DNA of 64,000 nt from Convolutriloba macropyga. Lineage: Eukaryota. The notes under the pieces are model-generated. The model worked only from the letters and a program-made list of their open reading frames with translations. It was not told the origin of the DNA and searched no databases. The position numbers and the translations under genes were made by a program. Each line of letters starts with the position of its first letter. Position 1 is the first letter of the stretch. The DNA is taken from the NCBI RefSeq assembly GCF_964194025.1, contig NC_134476.1, forward strand, positions 4,092,001-4,156,000, given 5' to 3'. Shown here piece by piece: positions 26,901-39,297 of this stretch.

Positions 26901-29900
26901 CTAATTGACACGTTGTGAGCTATCGTTAAAAATAGTGGAACGTCCAGATAATTTTACTTGGGTAGAATGTAGGTTTTGCAACGTAATGAGTACCAAAATT
27001 TGCTCCACGTGAGAGAACGGGGAATTTCAGCATTCCGAAGACCCATGATTCGGGGTGCCAGAATTTTTTCGCGTCTCTTGATGAAAAATTGAAAATATTT
27101 GTCATAGTGAAGAAAGTGGGTATAGAGTTTCTATTGTCTGAGACGTTGTTAAAGACATGCGTGCTTTCCTCATTTTCATGTTTACTCTGTTTTTTTTCAC
27201 AGCCGAGCTGGTAACCCGACAAGACAGTGTTTCGAGGAATGTGTGGCAGCTGTTGAAGGTGCCAAACATGCTCTGGCATTCGCCTCTGGATTGGCTGCTA
27301 CTACCACGCTATTACATCTGTTGCAGAAAGGCGAAGAAGTAAGTGTCGATTCTTTAAAAAAATCAATTTCCTTTTTTTAAAAAATCATTCTCATGAGTCA
27401 CTGGTCGATCAAATTTTCTGTAGTTAATATATGTATGTCAGTGTATAGAGGTTGATTAATTAAGGTTGTTAAAAACACTTTCAATACTTTTTTATTACGT
27501 TTGTCAAACCGAAATTAGAAATATTGTTGGAGTCATGTTGCAACAATTGCGGTAGAAAAAAACTGCCGAAGTGTACAGATTCAAAGAATCTTATTCAACC
27601 TTCGCACGTCTTTGCTGTAAAATTTCAGCGGAGACTCTCAATCTTTTATACGGTTTTTAGTGCTGTTTGATTTCTTTTAATGGTATTTGATTTCTAAATT
27701 GCTCTCGAGCGAAGTCGGATGTTTTTTTTTGCACTCATAAGCGGAAATGTATCTAGGGTACAGCCCAGTAATTAAATTGCTCCGCCTATCTTTCTATAGC
27801 CATTTATGTTTTTTGTACTTTTTAAACCTATTTCAATAATGGGTAGTTGTTTTCGTGCTATTGTTGTACATTAACATCAGCTGGAATAACATTGGCAGCC
27901 TCCTCAAATCCAATTGAAATCTATTATCTATATCAGAGAGACATGTTTTAAATGATTTTGAAAAAAAATGTACAAACCAATCAATTTCCAGCATTGTCCT
28001 AATTAATAGCCGCCGTCAGCCGCTCAAACGGCTATTATTAGGCGCTCTCCTTTTACAATCCAAAGAATTTGAATTGTATTGGGGCGCTGTCTTTTTTTAA
28101 GATCTGAATTTGGTATCTCTGAACTCGTCTAGGAGTAAAATACAGGAAACTGAAACTTTTCGGAGTTGTGTCCACCCCACAGATTACTTGTTTATTTTTT
28201 CGAAAGATACCAAGTGTACTAGCAACTATTTCTAATTTTCCAAGCCTCGAAAAATTCACCTTCATGAAAGACAAATATATAAACAGAACAACAATCCAGT
28301 ATCCTGGATGACCAATTCCGATCGAGCCTTAAATTAGCGGAAAAGAAGCAAAATGTTTTTTATTAGCGGAACAGCGATAGCTGGGGCTAATGTTGGCCCT
28401 CTCTTGTTTTTTTTTACAATTCAAAGAATTTGAATTGTATTGAGGGCGCTGTCGTTTTTTTAAGATCTGTTCCCACATTTTCAAGCTTTTTGAAATCAAA
28501 TTGGAGCAGTGATTTTGGTCATGCCAAAACAGGAAATAGAGCGAAAAAGTGGGTGTGTAATGCGGCGTGATTTTTTTTGCTCTAAGTTTAAAGTAGAGTG
28601 AGAAAAAGGTGTTTGAACAAAAATTCGTTTTCTCGCTAATGGTTTTTTGTTCACAAGCGGCCTTTTGACATTGATTTTGTTTTTTTTTTTTAATTTTTTT
28701 TGATGTTTTTTAGAAATAGTTTTCCCAGTCCACTCGTACGTTCTAGGTCTAGTTTTTTTGTTTAGTCAATAAAAATTCTTTGAATAGTACGTCAGGACTT
28801 GTCCTGCTATGTTTTTTTACTTCGTCGAACAAAAAATTTTCGCTTTACCTCATTTTGCCTCTTTTTCAACATTTTGCGTGAAATCTTTTTTGACTTCCCT
28901 AGGCTCGTTTCTCTCTTCTCTCATTCTGCTAAAAGTGATTTCACTTTGCTTTTTAATGTTTTTTGGGATCGAATTTTTTTTCTTAATGGCTTTTCCAATC
29001 CATTCATAGTTCATTCTAGGCCTAGTTTTTTTGTTTGAACCGAATTTCCATTTCTTGTTAGTGGTTTTTTGTTTACATATGGGAATTTCACCTTGATTTT
29101 TACTGTTTTTTTAATTTTTTTGATCTGATTTTTTTCTGAATTTTGCTCCAATTCAACTCATAGTCCGTTCTAGGTCAAGTTTTTTTGTATAGTCAATGAA
29201 AGTTCTTGTTCATGAATTGTTCGTCAGGACTTGTCATGCTATGTTTTTTTTCGTCATCGCTATTTTTGCTGTGACCATATGACGTCACAACCACTTCAAA
29301 CCTGCTTATTGTTCATTCGTTCATTCAATTTCAACTGAAGTGTCACTCTAAATGAAGGTTATTTGAGAGCAGCTAATAGAAGCAGCAAAAACTTATCCAG
29401 ATCTTTATAATCAAAATATAACATGTCAGCCTTCAATGAAAAGTCGAATTTTTTTGGTCTGTCTTTTTTACTGTTTTTTTGAGACTGCAGATTTACGAAG
29501 CTATTGCGGCTATTTTCTGGCAATCTGCCAGCTATGTTTTTTTATTTTTTGAATCAATTTTTTTCTAAATGGTTTGCCCAATCCATTCATAATCATTCTA
29601 GGTCTAGTTTGTTTGAACAAAATTTCCATTTCTCGCTAGTGGTTTGTTTTTCTCGCTAGCGGCATTTTGACTTTGATTTCTGTTTTTTTTTACTTTTTCA
29701 ATTGATTTGTTTCGAAATGGTTTTCCCAATTCAATCATAGTCCGTTCTGGTTCTAGTTTTTTTTGTTAAGTAAATGAAAATTCTTTGAATTGTACGTCAG
29801 GACTTATCCTGCTGTGTTTTTTAAGATCTGTTCACACATTTTCATGATTTTTGAAGTCAAATTGGAGTAGTGATTTTGGTCACGCCGAAACAGAAAGTGG

Positions 29901-31682
29901 AGCGAGAAAGCGAGAGGTTTTGCGGCGTGATATTTTTTTAAGTAGAGTAAGAAACCGATGTATGAACAAAAATTCGCTTTCTCGATAGTGGCGTTTTGTT
30001 CAAATGCGGCAATTTCACTTTGATCTTTACCTTATTTTGGATTCTTTTGATCGGATATTTTTTCTAAATGGTTTTGCGAATCCATTCGTAGTTCATTCTA
30101 GGCCTAGTTTTTTGCTTGAACAAAATTTCCCTACGTCGCTAGTGGATTTTTTGTTCACATGCGGCATTTTCACTTTGATTTTCTGTTTTTTTTTAAATCT
30201 GATTTTTTGGAAATAGTTCTCCCAAGTAACTCAGTCTGTTCTGGGTCTAGTCTTTCGTTTAGTCAATTTCTTTGAATTGTACGTCAGGACATGTCCTATG
30301 TTTTTTTAATTGGCTTTACCTTTCGATCACGTTTTTTGTTTTACATAAGTCACGACTTCCACGTTTGACTTCTGACTTACCTCACTCACTGTTTCATCTG
30401 AATGGTTTTTAAATTCATTCACTCAATGAATTACGCAAGATAGTGAATACAGTCAAGTTCAAAGAAGTAAAATCAAAAGAGACGGGATAAACCGATAAAT
30501 CCCGCTCATTGAGAATTAGGGTATCAAAGTTCATTAGAGTGTTTGCTAGCTGACATTGGTGTTAAGCTTGTTAGCTTTAAGCTGAATTAAGTATAGTTTT
30601 AGAATCCAACTGAAACTGCACGCCGAATTAGAAGACTTTTGACACAAAAAAATAGAAAAAAATCGGCCAATTTGTCTTTTTCTGTTTCAATCCCGATGTG
30701 CATCAATCGAGTCAACGGCGGCTATTTTCCGACAATCTGTCGGTATTTTTATTGTTACTGCCTACGTTCTGGGGGTAAATGTTTCGATAAAGAAGCATAC
30801 TTTAACTGTACAGGTTGTGTGTATGGACGATGTGTACGGTGGTACTAACCGCCTTATGAACAGAGTGTTTGTGCCAAACGGGGTCAAAGTCACCAAGGTT
30901 GACTGTACTAATCTGGATCTCCTGAGTGAGGCACTGAATGAAAACGTCCGAATCGTCTGGATCGAGACGCCTACGAATCCCACGATGAAATGTGTGGATA
31001 TTGAAGCTTGCTCTAAGGTTACGTAATGTCCATATAAATGCAGGATCGTTGAGTTAAGATAGTTGTGGCAGTTAAGAGAAATTGTTAACAGAAAGTTTTG
31101 GATAAACCTGAAAACAGATGGATGTTCTGTGGTTTGATTCAAAACTGCCGCCGCTAAATTTGGTGCAATAATTAAGTGTATAAAGACCAAAAACTACGGC
31201 TAGAAAATTGGTGCAAAAAAATAAGAAGTTGAGGCATTGTTTTTCTTGACGCATTCAAACCCATTTTTGTTCTTTTAATTTTTCCGCGTTTTTGGGTAGC
31301 TGAGAAAGAACTGGGCAATAACAAGCATAATAGTAGTATATGATACCGTTATGTAGGCGTGATAGCCGAGAGGTAAGGTGTGTGGTTCACATACCAATGA
31401 TTGAGAGTTCAATCCCCTGCCTCCGTGAAGCTGTCTGAGTGAGGATGAGCTCTTACTTAACCATAGCTTCAGGTTGACCATAGCCTGACCAATGTTGGCT
31501 GCAATGATGGTACCACGTGAAAGTTTCAGACGCAAAAAAAAGTGGCTATAGTCACCAAAAACAGAGCAATGCTGCTCATGAAAAGATCAGTCTGAAATGT
31601 GGGGAATAATAAGAAAAAGGGCAGCTGAAAACAGGCTACTGTAGGCCTAATGCTGTTCCGCTGCGATTACGCAGAAACCACA

Positions 31683-31759
<77 letters not shown>

Positions 31760-33465
31760 GTAGTAAATACAGGTAGGGGGCGCTTCCTGTTTTTATCATT
31801 GAGTATAGATTGCGAAGACTGTTTTTACTGTACAAATCATTATTGGGCCATGGACCCGTTTTCACATGTCTCAGAGGAAAAGATGGAACAACTGTTTTTA
31901 TTACAGCGGTCGAAAAAACCATACATCTAAACCATGTCGGTCGAAAAAAATAGTAATAAACGGTTTTCGCAAAAATATTAATAAACCATTAATTATAATC
32001 CTCTCTCACGATTTCTTGACTAAGTTTAAGAAACAAACTTTTCTGAACCAATTTTTTGAGTCCGAAGAAAAAGTAATGACATGTATATGGACATTGATTC
32101 TACCAAAAGATCATCAAATCAAAACTAAAACGACCCGACTCCATTTTCGTAGTGGACAATACGTTCATGTCTCCCTACAACCAGAAACCTCTGAAATTTG
32201 GAGCTGACGTTTCAATGCATTCTGTCTCCAAGTACATCAATGGACATTCTGACGTCATTATGGGTCTCCTTATGACTGATGATGACGAATTGGCGACCAA
32301 ATTGCGGTTTCTCCAGAACGCTGTCGGAGCTGTCCCTTCGCCTTTCGACTGCTACATGGCTAACAGGTATATGTGGAATTTTGTCCCTCCATAATTGGAT
32401 GACGAAATATTCGGATGCTAAATTTGATCGATAAGTTCTACTGATTTAGCCCTCATATTTTTGTATTTCACTCAATAAATTTATTGGAAGTATTGAAAAC
32501 GTCCACGTGAACAATTTCTACCTCCCCCATCCCCATTTTAGCGATAAACGGAGATTATTTGAATAACTTCGAGAATTAATTCAAACATTCTGAGGATTGG
32601 GTAACCCCTTTTTCGAAGTGGACGAGAACGTGATACACCTTTTAACGTTTATACTGTTCAGCAAACATTGAGTTTATTCCTTCCATTGTTTGTCTTTTAA
32701 ACAGGGGTCTGAAGACTTTGCACCTGCGAATGGAGCGTCACAATAGCAATGCCCTGAAAGTTGCCCAGTTTCTGGAGAAGGAACCCCAAGTGGAGAGAGT
32801 GATGCACCCTGGGTTGAAGAGCTACCCTGGATACGAGATACACAACAAACAGTGCACTGGCAATTCTGGCATGGTCACTTTCTGGATCAAAGTTCGTAAA
32901 CTTTTCTAATTGTTCCATTTCTTATAGCTGTATTCTTTCGGGCCGTTTTCCGCAATCTGGAAAGACTATTCATTCATTTCCGGACCTAAGATACTGAGAA
33001 AGGCGTATCAGAGATGAAGTGAAAGATTTTAAGGAACAAGATTTTTTCCGCTATTGCTCCCCATACTTTATGCACCCCAGCAATCATTTTGCATTATTAA
33101 AGCACGCCGTCATCGAGGTTGAAAATAATATCAAAGATGGAGCAAAGGAGGGGGTTCGAGGGGGAGGGGGAGGGGGGGGGGGGGTTAAATCAATCCAAAA
33201 ACACTCATGGGATATTTAGGGCGACGTTGAAACTTCGAAAGCCTTCATTGCCAACTTGAAATTGTTCACTCTTGCCGAGAGTCTCGGAGGGTTTGAGAGC
33301 CTGGCGGAGCTGCCTTGTGTCATGACACACGCATCTGTGCCCCCGGACCAACGAGAAGTTCTCGGAATTTCAGACACCTTGATTCGTCTTTCAGTGGGCT
33401 TGGAAGATATCGACGATTTACTCGATGATCTGACCAACGCATTTGCTGCAGTTAATGCATCTTAA
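20930..33465 (+). CDS. CTH: Cystathionine gamma-lyase, 397 aa; join(20930..21093, 27203..27338, 30814..31017, 32110..32366, 32705..32891, 33220..33465)
   Basis: All introns GT-AG and phase-consistent (1194 nt). Motifs TRAIHAGQ, YSRAGNPTR, FASGLAA, DDVYGGT, ETPTNP, VDNTF, PLP-lysine HSVSKYINGHSD, AESLGG, IRLSVGLE. Confidence 0.95.
21860..23090 (+). repeat. Diverged tandem duplication (about 540-bp unit) in CTH intron 1
   Basis: AATGGCTGTTAAGACTT...TTCGAAAA..TTGAACATTAAC...CACATTAT...TTCAG(T/C)GGATCA recurs at about 21862 and 22400. The second copy is interrupted at about 22760-23025. Confidence 0.65.
28005..30750 (+). mobile_element. Cluster of nested/tandem HINEs (families B and C) in CTH intron 2
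   Basis: B 5' ends at 28005 and 28362; C 5' ends TACAAT(T/C)CAAAGAATT at 28054 and 28415; C 3' ends (CAGGACTTGTCCTG-CTATGT and variants) at about 28812, 29243, 29816, 30301; B 3' ends (GCGGCTATT + hairpin) at 29506-29537 and about 30718-30750. Confidence 0.75.
31356..31757 (+). mobile_element. tRNA-derived SINE with (ATT)n tail in CTH intron 3
   Basis: A-box TAGCCGAGAGG, B-box GAGTTCAATCC, about 250-bp body, (ATT)n at 31683-31758, flanking direct repeat TTATGTAG (31349-31356 / 31756-31763). Confidence 0.8.
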
Positions 33466-33495
33466 TAGTATAAGTTTATGGTTGTATCTCAGAGA

Positions 33496-33501
33496 AATAA
33501 A
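33496..33501 (+). promoter_or_regulatory. Candidate polyadenylation signal of CTH
   Basis: AATAAA 30 nt after the stop codon, followed by a T/GT-rich tract. Confidence 0.55.
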
Positions 33502-33955
33502 AAATTGTGTATTGAAAACATTTTTTTGTTCTGTTCGATCTTTTAGTATTATGAAAAAGGGATGTTCTCTCACATTTTAAATAACATTTCACGGATGTCG
33601 TGAAAGAATAGTTGCACTGCATCACATAAACAGTCGTCACACAAGATTATCAAGCTTAACTTATAATTGGTTGTGGCGTGCTAGTTGGTGAGTTTTGGAT
33701 AAGTTATGGCTCACGCTTTTCCTTGATTATGCATAACCAGCGCGAACGTTATTTTTGCTACTCTCATTGGTGAAGCTGTTCTTGTTTATTTGTGTTAGAA
33801 GATTTAGAGGGAACAACCTAATGTAAATTGTGCATGAAATAAGCTTCAAATAGCTCTATTTGTTCAACGTATACTTGGTTAGCGGAATGAAGCCTTGAGG
33901 GACAAGAAAGAACATGAAAATGGGTTATAAGAGATGTCCAAGTTCGAGAGCTTAA

Positions 33956-34027
33956 GACCAGTTGGTTAATTGGGTAGCACACTAGGCTTGCAAGTAAGAG
34001 ATGCTGGTTCGAATCCACTACTGGTCC
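33956..34027 (+). pseudogene. Degenerate tRNA-like sequence (Ala-TGC-like)
   Basis: Perfect acceptor stem GACCAGT/ACTGGTC, T-loop GGTTCGAATCC, loop CTTGCAA, TTTT downstream; the anticodon stem is poorly paired. Confidence 0.55.
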
Positions 34028-34503
34028 ATTTTCACAGTAGTTGGGCCTGCTTAGACACTCTAAAATTTTTTTAAGGGTTATTGGTCACGCCTGAAATGGT
34101 TTCAAATTGATTTTTGCTTTTTCAATTGGAGAGCTTATGGTCAAGTGAGGACATCAAATGCTGGTAAAGGATTATTCGAGGACAAAATAATGCCTCTTAA
34201 TTGCTCTCAAACGTCCAAATGCCATGAAGTTTTTGAGCAGCTCTCATAGAGCCCTGCTGGTCTCTAAATGTACTTTTCATCGTGGTCCCTGAGAAGACAT
34301 AAAACCACTGTGTAGAGGGCAGTTTTTGGCGGTTTGGACCCCAAATCCGGCTGAACCCAATCTACAAACCTCCCCTCCCACAACTAACGCCTTAAACCCC
34401 CCCCCCCCATAATTACCCCTTGCCTACTGCTAACCTCCCAAAACCAAAGTTGGCTACTACGAAATCTAACTACTCGCCACTCGCTTCAATCGGTTATTTT
34501 TTT

Positions 34504-35028
34504 AATAGCCGCGTCAGCAATTCAGGCGGCTATTATTGCGCTCCTAATTTTTTTTTTTACTTCGTCTAACGGATTTTTGTTTCGTCTTACCCTGACTTTT
34601 TCAATAACTTCAGTGACTTCTACTGCTTCGCAGTTAAAATTTGTCTGCGTGACGTCATTTCTGCTTTTATGTCGATTGCGTGACTTACCTCACTAAAAAA
34701 TGACTTCTGAACTCACTTATGGAGCCTTTTTTATGAATATTTACTAGTTAAAGAACAATAGTGTGCATCTAAGTAGTGCCAAACTTATATGCCCTAATTC
34801 TTGAGTATTAGTCTTGAGTTTTTGATTTCGAAAATCATTTTTGACAAGTTCTTTTAGGGCTTTTTCCTTATAGACCTTATATGTATCATAAAAATGACAG
34901 TACGTATCTAACCCAAAAAATCTAATGGTCTACTAAAAGACTTTTGGTCAATCTGCCTATCTTGTTTCTTGAGTTGTTTCAATTCATGGAAGGCCACAAG
35001 CGTCTATCGCGTCTATTTTCCGGCTATG
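34504..35028 (+). mobile_element. HINE family B without the family C insert (empty site)
   Basis: 5' AATAGCCGC..GGCGGCTATT, T-run then ACTTCGTC, shared body GTGACTTACCTCACT, degenerate 3' end CTATTTTCCGGCTATGT. Confidence 0.65.
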
Positions 35029-35787
35029 TTTTTGTATCGGGAACAAATCCTTGCATTAAATATTATTGTAAGATAAAGCATAAAAAGTAATGAGATAAGT
35101 ATTTTCCAGAGGTGTCTCAACATTTTTTTGTACTGTGGGTGTACAAAAGCAATCGCAGCTATTTTCCGTTAATAAACCCTCTTTACCAGTTTGTGTTGAC
35201 GCGCAGATGTTATTGTCATGTTTATGTCATGACCTCGATCTCGTATTTTTCGAGACGTATTGAGTGAGGATGTAAGTTTCTATTTATTAAGTGCTTTTGT
35301 TATCTTTTATCCAAGGAACTGAATAACTTTAATGCTTTTTAGGTGATTTTGCTGACAGAAATTTTTTATTGCTCCAAAGTAAACATCAATCGAAAACAGT
35401 TTTATATACTCTTAAAAATATACTTGGTCGTCAAAATATATTTTTCCGATATATTGTTCATGCTTCATACAAAGCACTTTTTTGTTCATCACTTCGTAAT
35501 TTTTTTCCGCGTAAATTTTTAGTGAAAGAATGAGCTTCGATTCTATAAATTTGCCCCCCTCTGATCAGACTAAACTAAGATTTGCTAAGTTAATCTGCCT
35601 ATTCTCAGAAAAAGTTGGAGAACTGAGAAATGCATAGCTCCAATAGTTCTTTTGAATCGTTGAGTTTATGAAATTTAGTGGTGTTCAATCATAAATTTCT
35701 CGCCACACTAGCGTAAATTTGATTAAAAGTGGATGTCTCATTTGCGCTGTCTCGTTTTTTGGGTTATTTTATTATTTGCACTTGTTC

Positions 35788-36192
35788 AATTGCTCATAAA
35801 CGAAGTTCATAGCAATTATTGTAAACGTGTGGGTCTTTTTATGCAAATTTTTTGCTTGACAACTTTGCGTTTTTCTTGTTGAACATTCTTGGAGTTCTCA
35901 AGTGACTTTTTCACGCTTTCGTTCTTCATTTTGAGTGATCTCTTGCTCTCAATCCGAAGTAAAGCTTGTTGCTAATATAAATTGGCTGTAGCAGAGCAAG
36001 AAAAAGGTTCTGATGGAGCAGTTGGGAGTGCTTGGGGTCACGGTTCGTGAGGTCAATGGTTAGAATCCCGGGCGGTGACCTGATTTTTTGCGCCCATAAA
36101 GAAAAATTGATCTAGGCTACAGCCCCTGAATTAACAGCCACAGCCTCGCCTGTCGTTCAAGAGCAATTCTTCCGACATTTGTCGGTTTATGT
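35788..36192 (+). mobile_element. HINE family A, full length, with tRNA-like cassette
   Basis: Both subTIRs, hairpin CCGACA-TT-TGTCGG, TATAAA about 30 nt before TGGAGCAGTTGG...GGTTAGAATCCC, T6 terminator. Confidence 0.8.
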
Positions 36193-38053
36193 TTTTTATT
36201 GCCGTATCCTCGTTAGTTTTCTTGACATCACGATTATTATTGCTGTAAACAGATCTCAGTGGTTGTTTTAAAACGACGTTTACATATACTTCTCTAGTGA
36301 GCGCAGTCAACTATTTGAAAATGTATTTGTTATGGACAATATTGTATTCAATATAGAATGAAGTCATTAATCTAAAAGATACAGTCAAAGTGTTCACCAA
36401 CATTATACTTGAGGTGTTTAAGTGAGGTTTTTGGGGTGATAAAAGTACGAGGTGACCGTGGTTAAATGACATTTTGGATCTATTCTGTTCCCTAACACTC
36501 CTCCCCTCCCCGTCCTCCCCTCCCCACTCCTCCGTCTAAGTGGCCCAGTTTTTTTGCTTGTAATTGGGTTTTTTGTGGAAATAATTTTTATTCGATGCTA
36601 TATTGAAATGTCAATCTCGGAAATTGATACCACAGTGTTTTGCAGAGCCTGAAGATGCCTTTCAAGTTCAAAATTGGCACATAATTCTTGATTTTTTAGT
36701 TTTTTTGGCTTTTTCTATTAATTTCTTCATTTTTGGATCTTTTAACCGTCTTTTTGTCCACAATCCGTTAATATGGCAACTTCTTTTTGATAATTTGTAT
36801 AATCAACGCCTCTTTCTACCTCGATGTAATTTTGTTTTATAAAATTGTACATATGAGAATCCGATTTTGGTAGATTTTTTCCGATTTTTCAGTTTTTTTT
36901 GTTTGTATTTTGGTTTTAATTACTAGAAATAGTCTTTTTGTGCAACATGATGGACTTTAATTTGGTTTCATTAAAAATTCAATCATTTTTTAGCGTTAAG
37001 TTTTTGAAAAATATTTAAAACTTTTTCACAAATGCAGTTTTTTTGACCATTGTTTTGCAAAATGTTCCGATGTTTCGTATTTTCTCTATTTTCTATTTTT
37101 TGAGTTCTCTTCAAGAGGATAGATCTTTGTATCGGATGGCTCATTATCTCATTTATGTCTCGATTTCTTAATAATGAGATGTATTCGTTTTTCTTGATTT
37201 TTTTAAACTTGATTTTTAACTTTCAAACATCAAGAATGTCATTTTGTTACGGTGTTCCTTACATTGTGTCCATATTCTTTACATTCTAGTTAGTATCATT
37301 CTAGCTTCGGGCTGTCACCTACATTTATTATCGTCATATTGATTTTGTCAGTTGTCTAAAAATTGAATGATTTCAGCTTTTTCTTAGATTTTCCTCATTT
37401 CTCTGGTTTGCAATTGATTTCATTCAACATCAGGCAGTACTGAGAGTCTGCTAGCACGACTTTTCCAAAATATCCACTTATTAATGTTTGCTGCATTTTT
37501 TTCCGGCCTTGGTTTCAATTTAATCGATTATTTGCCTTTGAATATTTCTCTGCTGCTTATGTCTTTTCTATGATCAATTTAATTTTTGTATTAGTATGAA
37601 ATCATGTTGGCTAGCGTATGTACAAGGAAGAAGTATATGCTCTTTTTTTCTTAATTGCAGCTAATAGAAGTGTAATTGTAGTGGTTTTCTGATTCTTAAC
37701 TTTGAGCATTCTTTTTTTGAAAAGATTTAACTTAGTTTCTAAGATTATTATCTGCCGTTTGCTTTCGCGATCTTTGAGATTAGAATCATGAATTAATTAT
37801 TTGAGGACAATTGATAGCCCTGTCAGCCTTTTCATCCTATCAGTATTTTGACCATGTTAAATATTTCGGACTTTTTTAACGTTACCAAACGTTCTCAATA
37901 ATATAAAAATTTGCTGCGTTTTGTTTCTCTTGGTGACAGTGGTTTAAGTCACCAAATTTTAGATCAGACCTGGGGAGGTAATGAGTTAATGGTTTAATAC
38001 AAATGGTAATGGCTTCCGTTGCATTTACGGTTTTGGTTTGTGAAGTTCTGACG

Positions 38054-39294
38054 CTTCGAGTCGCTTCCGGAATTCTTCCGGCTATGTTTTTAAGATCTGT
38101 TTACACATTTTCACGATTTTTGAAGTCAAATTGGAGTAGTGATTTTGGTCACGCCGAAACAGGAAATGGAGCGAAAAAGCGATTGGTTTTGCGGCATGAA
38201 ATGATTTGGCTCTAATTTTAAAGTGGAGTTTAAAGTTGAGTGAATTTTAATACGGTGTTTGAACAAAAATTCGCTTTCTCGCTGGTTTTTTGTTCACATG
38301 CGGCAATTTCACCTTGATTTTTACTGTTTTTTCGATTTTTTTTGGATTGAAATGTTTTCTAATTGGTTTTCCCAATCCGTTCATAGTTGATTCTAGGCCC
38401 AGTTTGAACCAAATTTTCATTTCTCGTTAGTTGATTTTTTGTTCACATGCGGCATTTTGACTTTGATTTTTTTTTGATGTTTTTTGACTTTGATGTTTTT
38501 TTTTACTTTTTCATCTGATTTGTTTAGAAATGGTTTTCCCAATTCAATCATAGTCCGTTCTGGTTCTAGTTTTTTGTTTAGTAAATGAAAATTCTTTGAA
38601 TTGTACGTCAGGACTTGTCCTGCTGTGTTTTTTAAGATCTGTTCACACATTTTCATGATTTTTACATAATGACATTGATTTTCTGTTTTTTTCTTATTTT
38701 TTTGTTGTGATTTTCTTAAAATGTTTTTCTGAATTCACTCATAGTCCATTCTAGGTCTAGTTTTTCTGTTTAGTCAATGAAATTTCTTTGAATTGTACGT
38801 CAGGACTTGTCCTGCTATGTTTTTTTGTTTCGTCGTCTGACGCTTTTTTTTTCGTTTTACATTTGTTCACACAGCAAAGCTGAAAAAGTCAAATTTTCTG
38901 AATGACTTCTTCCTCTCACTAACGGCATTTGCGCGCGTGACGTCATTTCTCACTCGCTTTAGCGAAAGTTTTTAGGTTATTTGCATGATTAGATTTTGAT
39001 CATACGTGACTTACCTCACTCAATAAAATGACTTTTGCACTTTAAAACTTAAATTTGATTTGAATTTGTTTAAGGTCAAAGGAACTCATATGTGTAGTAA
39101 AGGTCCCTAATAGGAGGCTTCTGTGGAATGAATTTTAACAAGCTTTATTAATTCATCGCTGAATGTTTTTTAGCCTAGTTTTTTGAGCGGCGTCGATTTT
39201 TTTTTTCAATTTAGATCTGTATCTGTTTCTGTCTCTATTATTTGGCACACAGGTCTCTTCTTTCGCAGCTATTCCGGCAATCTGCCGGCTATGT
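38054..39294 (+). mobile_element. 3' half of a nested D-in-C-in-B HINE composite with tandem C units
   Basis: D end CTTCGAGTCG-CCGGAATTCTTCCGG-CTATGT (about 38054-38088); C ends at about 38629 and 38820; B end GCAGCTATT-CCGGCAATCTGCCGG-CTATGT (39265-39294). Confidence 0.7.
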
Positions 39295-39297
39295 TTA

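Noticed and set aside
31647-31922. Poly-Asn ORF, and similar short ORFs at 2832-3065, 28799-30216, 38003-38656 and 42256-42725
   Set aside because: Translations of microsatellites or non-coding repeat elements.
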